Shown here: piece by piece, positions 1 to 9,720 of the stretch
How the letters are laid out: every line of letters starts with the position of its first letter
Position numbering within the stretch: the first letter of the stretch is position 1
Origin: Phoronis australis
Taxonomy: Eukaryota > Animalia > Phoronida
Direction of reading: 5' to 3'
Length of the DNA stretch: 64,000 nt
NCBI GenBank assembly: GCA_002633005.1
Contig: NMRA01000163.1
Span: forward strand, 497,961-561,960
Made by a program: the position numbers and the translations under genes
The notes under the pieces: model-generated
What the model was told of the DNA's origin: nothing
Seen by the model: the letters and a program-made list of their open reading frames with translations, nothing else
Database searches by the model: none

Positions 1-533
1 CAGCGAAACGAGCTACCTACGCTACACTTTCACAAGCAGATATTACAGATGAAGAGTTAGTAACGGCGTTCACTGGAGCTGAAGCATTAATCAATTCACG
101 ACCGTTGACTTACCAGTCGTCTCACCCATCAGATGATGTCCCTTTGACACCAAATCATTTCTTGTTCGGCCAAGTTGGTGGAGAGTTCGCGCCAGAGTCA
201 GTGGATGCCACAGGCTTCAACCTGAAAATCAGGTGGAGGCGTGTTCAGGAGATAGTTAGGCACTTTTAGAGTCGCTGGCTTCGAGAGTGGTTGCCAACAT
301 TAAATCGAAGAGCCAAGTGGTGGCATTCCAAAGAAGAGGTCAAGATCGATGACGTTGTTCTAGTTCGCCTTCCGGATTCTCCGAGAGCACATTGGCCTCT
401 GGGAAGAATCATCGACGTTTACCCTGGAACGGATGGACATGTTCGGTCGGTCAAGGTCAGAGTTGGGAAGAAGATGCTAGTGAGACCGCTTACGAAGATC
501 TGCCCATTGGAGTTGGACTGTGGGCCACGTTGA
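1..533 (+). mobile_element. BEL/Pao LTR retrotransposon, C-terminal part of integrase (DUF5641-like), pseudogenised
   Basis: The frame reads ...EALINSRPLTY...LTPNHFL...RHF*SRWLREWLPTL...WPLGRIIDVYPGTDGHVRSVKV...RPLTKICPLE, typical BEL/Pao integrase C-terminal motifs. In-frame TAG at 267-269 sits where Trp is expected. Confidence 0.9.
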
Positions 534-579
534 ACTTGCATAGACTTTGTGTCGATGGTTCCCATCGAGAGGGGGAGGA

Positions 580-851
580 TGTTATGGAGACTTAAGTTAA
601 ATTAGTACAAGTATTACTTCATTATTTACTTTATTTACTTCATTTTAGTTCGCTTATTTAACTTTATAAGTCTAGTCACGCTATCGCCGTTATTCCGAGT
701 GCCCTTTGTTGTATAGAAGTATTTTAGTGCTGCCTCTAGCGGCAGGGGGCGTAGTTGTGTCCACCATATTGTCATAGTTTGATCGAACTGTTGTCGGAAA
801 ATATATCGTTGAAATAGATTATTATTGTTGTCTTTGGTCATCGTGAGGCCA
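580..851 (+). mobile_element. 3' LTR of the BEL/Pao element, preceded by polypurine tract 567-579
   Basis: PPT GAGAGGGGGAGGA is immediately followed by TGTTATGG. The right boundary is approximate (CA at 850-851, where transposase-like sequence begins). Confidence 0.6.
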
Positions 852-1300
852 TATATGAAATTGCACCTTAACGAGTATAAAAACCAGGAACTTTAGAGTG
901 TTGTGGTGCTTGTATGCACTCTAGGTTGCTGCTCGTGCAGAGTGATTGCATGGACGTTTGACGAAAATTTCCATGCAATCAATGATGGCACAAGCACTCT
1001 TGTACGTTTGTTTAAACACTGTCGGGAGTGTTCTAATTACATCTTCCTTCTCAGGATAGTGGATTAAAGACTGCAGCTTCCTAGCCAAACCTGATAGCGT
1101 CTTGCTTACAACATTACTCACAGAATATTTAGAAATTTGGAAACGTGCGGTCAGACGTTCATTGATCAAAGTCCATCGTAATTTCATTAAAGTCAACAAA
1201 ACAACATTTTCAGGGGTGAGAGAGGTAAATCATGATAAAGTGCCCTAAACAAAATCAGCAAGCCAGTCAAATGTGGAAAAGTTAGAAACTCCCATTTATA
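852..1300 (-). pseudogene. ISL2EU/Harbinger-type DDE transposase relic (HTH_Tnp_4 + DDE_Tnp_4-like)
   Basis: LTPENVVLLTLMKLR...FQISKYSVS...CAIIDCMEIFVKRP...AT*SAYKHHNTLKFLV, then GAISY after a frameshift. Several in-frame stops. Confidence 0.8.
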
Positions 1301-3150
1301 TGGATTTTTTAAGAAGTTCAGTGTCGTTTGAACGCGGGCCACTTCTTTTAGAAGGGAGGTTTTCTTCAAGGTCTCTTCCTTCAGTAGCTCCGAAGGCATC
1401 TTTTATTTTTCTGAAACAAAAATCACACCAACATTTAAAGGGACAGACTCTGGCCGAGAAGACTGCGTTTCAGAATGGCCGCATATAAAGTCAGTGATGT
1501 TTAGGGGTATGACACAACTTTTGTAACTGGTTTAAACACCTGCTCGGAGTGTAGTCTTTTTATATATTTGGCGTTATTTTGCCATTTATTTTCCTGGTAG
1601 AACGTGCAAGAAACGGGGTAAACTTCTGGATTCTTTATGAATATCGATTCTACTAATGTTGAATTGTAGATTAGGGAAAGGAATTTACATGAGAGCTCCA
1701 AATTAAGGAAACAGTAAATATGTGTCTCTGGTTTAAGTAAATCAGTCCATGTAAAAAATGCAGTTGGAAATATAATACCAAAAAATAGTTGTCATAGCTG
1801 ATTTCCCAAAATTATTATTCTTGATTAACAATTAGCCACCAGCAGGCATATACTTTCAACAAACATTAAACATTAAAAAAGTGGTTATTCTTGGTTCAAG
1901 TGAAATAATTACCATTTTCCTCGTCTACTTCTGTTGACACTTCAACATCACCCTCATAATTAGACCCATGATCATCAAGACTGATTCACGGGTGAATGAG
2001 TGCAGCAGCAGGCCTCATTTCTTTCAGTCCATTTTCAAACTCTTCTTTCTTTAGCGCTCAGTCACTCGCCCTCTAGGATTGATCCTCTTTCAGTGCTATT
2101 TTGTGGACATTGAATAAGCCTGGGCCCTCAATCTCGCAATTTTGAGCCCGAATATCGACCCTATTCTCCTCTGAAAATATTGAAAAGTCATGCAAACTTC
2201 CCCTCATGAGGCCCAAAAATTCCCCTGAAGTGATTGGAAAATTCCCCTTGAGGTTCGAGTCACTTGTAATTCATACAGATACCAATTTGAAAGAGCACAG
2301 AATGCTATTTTTGGCTCATTGAGACAAAGCCTAGATGGCTTGCAACAGGGTAGGGGGTGACACCCAGGCAATAATCGTGATTGTGAGGTAGAATTTCCCC
2401 CTTACCCCAAAACATCCAATCTCAGAAGCCACAGGCAGTCGGATGAGCGAGGCCCCTGTATATTTAAAATGTGTGTCAGCTTGATTGTCCTGACTGCGAC
2501 CTGCAATAACGAGTAAAACATTTAAATTTTAGAATTATAGATTCAATCGTGTTAAGAGAACTGTTTCTAAATATTTTTAAAAGATGGTTGTTTTGGCAAC
2601 TAATTACAAAATGGCCACCTAATCAGTGGTAGATTAATTTATTTATAAAACATTCTGATGAATATGACTTAATTTTAGGAGTGAGTTACTAAAAACGTCT
2701 GGGTAAACACTCCCCGGCCTTACTCCTAGTAACATTTACTACGAGCGTGGTATGAGCAAAGATATAATACTAGTAATATCTTTGCTACGAGTAAGGTATC
2801 GTAAGCATAGTCGATCTCAATCCCGCCTTCTGGCACTAGTCACAATGCACTCGTAGACATTTGGAAAAACAAATGGGTAGCAGCCGGATTCCGGAACGTA
2901 GTTGGTCCGACATTAACATTGCAAACTATTATTTGACAAACTGAGATACTTGGATTTTAATGAGTGATTATACATTTTTGTAGGGTGGAGAATACAACAA
3001 AATCGAGGCTCTACCTGACATAAAATGTGTGGCATTTTTTGATCGCATTCTCAGCATGAAGCAATGGTTAAAAAGACGCCGCTCGGTTGGTTGTCAGATC
3101 CCACCAACTCCTTCCATCTGCTTAACCGATGTTCTACCGCACGTGTCGTT

Positions 3151-3232
3151 CGCATTTGACGGAATCCGATCCCCCCCAGGGAGACCCTAATAGATTCAAT
3201 GTCCATCGCCGTAAGCACTCGGCCAAAACTGC
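3151..3232 (-). pseudogene. tRNA-Ser-derived pseudogene (array copy 1)
   Basis: 82 nt, colinear with copy 3, with mismatched acceptor and T arms and anticodon loop CATTGAA. Confidence 0.8.
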
Positions 3233-4442
3233 ATAGCATATGAATGGAGTCGTAATAAAGTCTTATTTAAACTTGGGTTGCCTTTGATGTACATGATTCC
3301 GGTGAATCCGGAGCGTGGTTCCCAGGAGTCCAAGTTTTTCAATTGATCTCTGCCAATCACGTCTTCCGTCTCCCAAACCTTTGGGTACTCTATGAAACAA
3401 CACCAAGTCATTCCCTTTCTTGTTATGTCTCTCCTATACCAGGCGTGCGTTCAGTAACCCTAGGACCTAGTTTAGGCTTAGCAAATAAGTTCTACAACAT
3501 TATTTAAATCACATTGTTTGAAAACTCCAAACTAACTAAGAATTAATTGAAAATTGAAAACTTGAAATATAACTTCTTACAAGAGGTTACATTTCACATC
3601 ATTGGTATGCAAATTCGACTAATTATGCATAGCATAGGATGCGGTTTTTTATTTTTTTCCATATTAATCTTTTATTTTGTCACATTTTTTCATTTTTTAC
3701 TTTTTTATATTATTCATTTACTTTAATATTTGTATTTTATTTATTTTTTTTTGATTTTTATCACATTCCCGCCAGTAACCAATCGGCCACAACTGCATAA
3801 TAAAGTCTTATTTAAACTTGCGTTGTCTTTGTTGTACATGTGCTTCCGGTGAATCCTGAGCCTGGTTCCGAGGAGTTCAATTTTTTCATTTGCCAGGCAT
3901 GTCTTCCGTCTTCCCGAATGTCTGTGTATTCTTTGAAACACCACCAAGTCTTCCCTTTCTTGTGACGTCTCTCCTATACCAAGTGTTCCTTCAGTGACCC
4001 TAAGACCTAGTTTAAGCTTAGCAAATAAGTTTTACAACATTATGTTAATCAGATTGGTTAAAAATTTCAATTAAATTAAAAAGTAATTTAAAATTGAAAA
4101 CATGAAATCAAATTCTTACAAGAGGTATACATTTAACATCATTGATATGCAAATTAGACTAAATATGCATAGCACAGGATTTGGTTTTTAATTTTTTTCC
4201 TCATTTTTTATTTTTGTTTGTTTTTTTTCATGTTCTTACTTTTTGTTTCATTTATTTTATTTTTTTATTTTAATTTTTTATTTCATTTTAATTTTTTGTT
4301 TCATTTTAATTTTATTTTACATTTATTTTATTTTAATCGCATTCCCACCAGTAAGCAATGGTAAAAAAAGCCGCTCGGTTGGTTGTCAGATCCCACGAAC
4401 TCCTTCCATCTGCTTAACCGATCTTCTACCGCACGTGTCGCT

Positions 4443-4524
4443 CGCAGTTGACGGGATTCGAACCCGTGCAGGGAGACCCCAATAGATTTTAAGTCCATCG
4501 CCTTAACCAATCGGCCACAACTGC
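4443..4524 (-). tRNA. tRNA with Ser-type body and TAA anticodon (variant gene or young pseudogene)
   Basis: GCAGTTG TG GCC GATTGGTTAA GGC G ATGGA CT TAA AA TCTAT T GGGG TCT CCCT GC ACGGG TTCGAAT CCCGT CAACTGC G. 82 nt, 7-bp acceptor stem, long variable arm, G73 discriminator, intact T arm. Confidence 0.8.
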
Positions 4525-5136
4525 ATAATTAATAATTTAAACTTGCGTTGTCTTTGTTGTACATGTGCTTCCGGTGAATCTTGAGCCTGGTTCCGAGGAG
4601 TCCAATTTTTTCATTTGATCGCTGATAGTCATGTCTTCCGTCTTCCCGAATCTTTGTGTACTTTATGAAACACTACCAAGTCATTCCCTATCTTGTGACG
4701 TCTCTCCTATACCAGGCGTGCGTTCAGTAACCCTAGGACCTTATTTAGGCTTAGCAAATAAGTTTTACAACATGGTTTTAAATCACATTGTTTAAAAAAC
4801 TTCACTTTATTTAAAAGTTTATTTAGAATTTAAAACTTGAAATTAACTCCTTACAAGAGGTTACATTTCATATCATTGATATGCAAATTACACTAATTAT
4901 GCATAGCACAGGATTCGTTTTTTTAAATTTTATCTGTCTGTTTTAAATTTTCCTTACTTTTTATTTTTTTTAATTTTTTTTATTTCTTATTTTTTATTTT
5001 ATTTCTTATTTTTTTTATTTTATTTTATAGTACTCTCACCAGTAAGCAATAGTGAATAGGACGCCGTCCGGTTGGTTGTCAGAGCCCTCCATCTTCTTCT
5101 ATCTGCTTAACAGATCTTCTAACGCCACGTGTCATT

Positions 5137-5214
5137 CGCAGTTGGCGGGTTTCGATCCCGTGTTGAGGGACTCCAATTGATAGTCCATAGCCTTAACCAC
5201 TCGGCTACAACTGC
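5137..5214 (-). pseudogene. tRNA-Ser-derived pseudogene (array copy 4)
   Basis: 78 nt. Acceptor stem GCAGTTG/CAACTGC intact, anticodon arm partly deleted. Confidence 0.8.
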
Positions 5215-5297
5215 ATAGCATAAATCAGGTTGTATTGACGTTTTTTTAAACTGGCGTTGCCTTAATTGTTGTGCATGTGCTTCCGTTGAACACGGGG

Positions 5298-5455
5298 CCA
5301 GCTGTCTCCCGTTCAACGCGAGGACCTCGCTAAAAAGCAAGCCTTCGCGAGATTACATGAGATATTGCGGTGTATTTTAAATGAGAACACGTGACTTTGG
5401 CTAGATTTTAGATAGGTCTTAGCGTAGGTCCTAGCAATACTGAACGCACGCCTGG
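5298..5455. mobile_element. Short MITE (possibly PIF/Harbinger-type) inserted in array unit 4
   Basis: About 160 bp absent from the other units. The right end TAGGTCCTAG...TACTGAACGCACGCCTGG is the exact reverse complement of CCAGGCGTGCGTTCAGTA at 3439 and 4712. CAG/CTG flanks. Confidence 0.5.
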
Positions 5456-5499
5456 TTCCCAGGAGTAAGCGGTCTGAAGCGCGTCGGTTGATAGGGAAC

Positions 5500-5711
5500 T
5501 GACGTCACAAATTTCCCGCCATTTTACCCAAGGGGAAACCAGGTCGATCTTGGATTTGGCATAGTTTTCTAATTTCAACGTTCGCCCTTTGTATAATATT
5601 GTGTAAGTGAAATATCGTTATTTTCTTCATTCTAAACACTTTGAAATGGAAATGAGGTACATTTTATGAATTTTTGTTAATGGGAAGGCCGTGTAAACAA
5701 ACCCGGAAGTG
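5500..5711. promoter_or_regulatory. Cluster of housekeeping-promoter-type motifs (CRE, E2F, YY1, ETS)
   Basis: TGACGTCA 5500-5507, TTTCCCGCC 5512-5520 overlapping CGCCATTTT, CCGGAAGTG 5703-5711. Confidence 0.3.
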
Positions 5712-6819
5712 TAGCTGGTTACTGAGCTGTGTCCTCAGTGTCCCGGCCGGTGGCGATGAATATATCGCGAATATATAGCGTTTGACTGTTTACTCGTTGC
5801 CTCAGAGTGCTGTTGTTATAACTTGTGACAAAATTATTTACTCAACATGTTATCGTTGTTAGGTGAATATCAAGTGCTTAGAAAGTGTATTGCGGATTAC
5901 ATCACTTCCCTGATCGATCAGTCGGAGATGCGTTTTCACGATGCCGTTCGAAACTTGCAGTGTTGACTTCGAGATTGCCCATACAGGTTACCTGTGTCGT
6001 TTTGATCCAACAATCCGAGTGAATGACCGAAAATTGAATTTGGTGACGTTTGCGAATATCTGATCGAGACTCCGGCCACTGCCCAGTTGCATGAAACGGT
6101 CCCCGAAAGTAGAGGGACTCGACTAAATTCCCTAAAATGATCATTTGCGTAGGCCCTATTGGTGTCATTCTTTACACGGCGATATAATCTTGTACTGTCA
6201 TTGTATTTTTATAATAAGCATCTGGGGCCGTAGTTCCATGGGAATAAACCGAAGACTTAGTCCTGGGCGTGGCATGAAAACATTCCTACTTATTTTTAAT
6301 ATTGTTGAGGATTCAACGTATAATTCAGTCTTGCTTTGTATCAAAGCCAAAACTAGCCTTAGTAATGAATCGGAAGCCCACACATACGCAGCAGATTTAG
6401 TGATTGAACTTAGTTGAGTCCTTTTTGGGACTCATTTCATGCAACCGCCGGGCATTAGTGAGAAATTGAATACGATCGGAAGACTGAAAACGAGTTATAT
6501 TTAAATTTTAGTTATGCACATGTATCAATATCGAAACAGACCTGGGTTTTAGCCTCAGGAAGCCAGTTTTCAAATGATATTGCTGTTGTATATTACTTGG
6601 CCACTTATACTGAAAACGTTCAATCGTGGGAGTACTTTGTGGAATTCTTCTCTGAAATTTTCTCTGCAAAATGCACGCAGTTCTGTTATGCGGCAAACCT
6701 CCAAGATTCCAAAAGTATGCAAAAACTTCCATCGCTGAGGATGACTTGCATGAACAGGACTAACGAGAATATTTTAATTGCCTACCAGCTCATTAAGTTC
6801 GTTGTCTGCGTGCGTTGGT

Positions 6820-6845
6820 GCGTGTGTGTGTGTGTGCGCGCGCGT
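6820..6845. repeat. (GT)n/(GC)n microsatellite
   Basis: gcgtgtgtgtgtgtgtgcgcgcgcgt. Confidence 0.8.
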
Positions 6846-9082
6846 ATTGTTACTGTTTTAATCGTTTCAATAATAATTCGTGCAATCTTTACCTTATGCC
6901 CAGATGCCGTTTTTTTGTTAATTCGATTTCTAAGAAGTAAGCCTACTGTTAGATTTAATATTTTCCTACACCCGTGAAAATTGAAAGTTTACCTTGTAAA
7001 TGAACCCAATGTAGTTCTGACAGCGTACAGTGTATTTGGCAATTGCTCCGCTGTCGGCGGACTAATACCGCTTTTATATTTTTTCCGTTATCCAGCCACA
7101 CCATCTGAATATCCTGCTTTTTACACACGGCCAGACTGATATACAGTACTATTGTCAATATAATTTACCACGCGATATACCCACCCACATTTTCTTGCTC
7201 GACTTAAAAGTAAAAACGGGACGTTTCGTGGAGTTTTGCACCCACAATTTCCCATTCAACTATAAAAAACAGAAACCAAGGTCGGGCATTTTTGGGTGTT
7301 ACAACTACATTGTACCATTCGACAAAAATCGCTGTCGTTATGTCTTTGTGTGTTGCAGCGAGCATTTCGTCCTTGTGATTTGGCTTAGACCCAGCTGCCC
7401 CGCTTTTTATCCTGAAGCCCCACTTTCCAATCCAGTTGTTCCGTTTTTCTGTTCTTGAATGCAACAGTACAAAATAACATTATCTCTTTTTTGTTATTTT
7501 CGATAGCCCAATTTCTTTAGTAACATAACAATCGTAAGAAAATGTGTTCCAGTGTCTATTGTAACACAAACTACATGTATCAGGATCACTAACTTTTACT
7601 TTCTGAAGAAAAGAGTTTATTTCTAAACTTTTATGGAAAGCCCTACACTGCAACCAAGGTGATTAGTTATCCAAAATGCATTTCAAAGCTACGTGATAGA
7701 TGTTTGCTCAGAAAACCTTTAGCTGCAAATTTCGTATAGATACTTGTTGTACTTCAATTATCGCATTTTCTTAAATGTCACTAAATTTTGAATTTTTACT
7801 GAAGAATGTAATTGTATCAAACGGCACCAAAGATCCAATTAATTATAATTTATAAAGATGCATAAATTTGAATGAATGCTTGGCTAAATTATCCACAGCA
7901 AGTGCGAGGGATCCATATTCTAAAAGCTTTCCTTTGATAGGGTAGAAATCTTGAATCATTGAAAATATTTGCCTAATGACATAACTAGTCATCTCCATAA
8001 CATTTCTGGTTCCTTTCCTTTTTAAGTTACTATTACTATTGTTGTTTTTCGAATTTTGGTAAAAATCTTGGTTTTTATATTATTAAACTAGCCAGATACG
8101 CGAAATGATAATTACTAATAAATTAAATTATTTATCATTGGCTTGTGCTATAATCATCAAGAACTGAAAAAAGGCTTTTCAATGATGTGGATTTTATGTA
8201 ATTCGATTGAAAAACGGCGGAGTTGCGAAAAGTTTTAATGACAGTGAATTTCAAGTACACACACTAGAACAAACGAATGCAAACAACTCCCACGCATGTG
8301 CGGCGCAACCTCAGCGGCCGCGGGATCGATGTAGGCATTCTAGGGCTAGACTAAGATTTCTTTGGTCTGAGCATACGAACTTTCATTTCGTAGCTGGGGT
8401 TTTGACAATCACTCTACTAGTTGTATGCAGCCATTGTAGATTGCCAGTTGTCTAGTATTACGAAAGCGTACTTTCATGACAGATTGTTTGAAAGGCATTT
8501 TGGCGAGTTTTTTCATTCTATGCCTCTTTAAACACTGCTATCCCTATCACAAAGCTGCTTCCATGAGAATCTCGCTGACGGACATCAGTTATTCAGGCGA
8601 TGCAGCCCAAACAGACCGCGAGTAGAACGATCTCAAGGAATAATCATATGTTAAAGCACTGAGTTACAGTTCACGAGAACTGTTCAACATAGAAAATGGA
8701 TATATGTGTGGAGCATCATTTATTTACAATTTCAGTTAACATCCATGTAACCGCTCAGACGAGTCAACAACTAAAATGCCGGTTCAAGCACCAGTAAGTG
8801 TGTAGCCTCGTTCCTAGATTGCCGTAGATAGGAACGTTTACCTATTACAGTTCTATTTCCACAACGCGGAAAATGTCGTGAACTGACCTCGAATTGCTGA
8901 ATAACGAATTAGTATCGCATTCGAGTCACCTTGTTTCTACGTTGTAAATATGTTTCCAGTTGCGTTGATAATAAATTGTCGATGGGATCCAGACCGGATC
9001 CCGGATATTAATACTTACAAATTGATAAACGTAGCTTCGACATAAATACTTAATGAAATATTTTTTTATCAAAGGGATAGTT

Positions 9083-9392
9083 CCTGGGGTTGTCAGTGTA
9101 CTGGGGACATGCCGCTGAGATGGTATGCATTTTCAATATTCTAGTAAAGATTTGGGTTGCTTTTCACTATTTTTATAAATTTATGGTTTCAAGTTAAGTC
9201 GTCATGAAAATGAATAAGGAGATCACTATTGTTCTTAAATATAGGTAAGTTTAGTTCTGACAATACTCAGCACGGTATGAACACTGACGTTATGTTTAAA
9301 AGTCGTTGGAGGCTATTAATCTGTGTAGACCGTTTCAGAAGAGGTTTAAACATGCCCTCTTCCAATAGCTAAAAGGATGACTGCCCCCCAGG
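9083..9392. mobile_element. Degenerate MITE in the PHLPP 3' UTR
   Basis: Inverted ends CCTGGGG... / ...CCCCCCAGG, about 310 bp, starting about 10 nt past the stop codon. Confidence 0.35.
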
Positions 9393-9401
9393 GTATGATA
9401 T

Positions 9402-9720
9402 TCACATGTGGGTAGATATGGTGATGCTTGCTACGTGCGCCAGAGTGCGCTCATTATCAGACAAATTGTCTGAAGACTCGGACGACAAGCTGTCGTCAGC
9501 CGCAGTGGTCACTAGCTTAGTGGATCGGCCTGTCTTCATCACCTTGGCGTACAAATCTTCTTCCACTTCAGGCAACGTCTCTTGGGTTTCATCAACCTTC
9601 GGTGTCCAAACAGTATGGGAGCGAATTTCACTATAGGGATTGTCTTCAGTTAGGGTTTCCTCACTGCTGCCGATAAAACTGCTTTCCTTTACGCTTGGAG
9701 GTACGTTAACCGTGGCATAC
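9402..9720 (-). CDS. PHLPP: PHLPP last coding exon (YATV...EDLYAKV...ISTHM*)
   Basis: Acceptor ttctag, phase 2 matches the previous exon, TGA at 9402-9404. Confidence 0.75.

Larger units (their letters stand above)
3045..5455. repeat. Tandem array of four diverged ~580-720 bp units, each with a tRNA-Ser-derived segment
   Basis: Units start near 3045, 3762, 4339 and 5031. Shared blocks include GTCTTCCGTCT...CTCTCCTATACCAGGCGTGCGTTCAGT...GGCTTAGCAAATAAG and T-rich tracts. Confidence 0.9.

Noticed and set aside
4243-4485. Hydrophobic F/I/L-rich 80-aa ORF
   Set aside because: Translation of the T-rich low-complexity tract and the antisense tRNA.
6508-6977. Overlapping 74-aa and 126-aa ORFs, one faintly like a Tc1 HTH
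   Set aside because: No catalytic motifs or TIRs found, and part is microsatellite.
7195-7458. THAP-like words (HNFP, CSEHF)
   Set aside because: Lacks the conserved Trp, the N-terminal Cys pair spacing and the AVP motif; probably chance.
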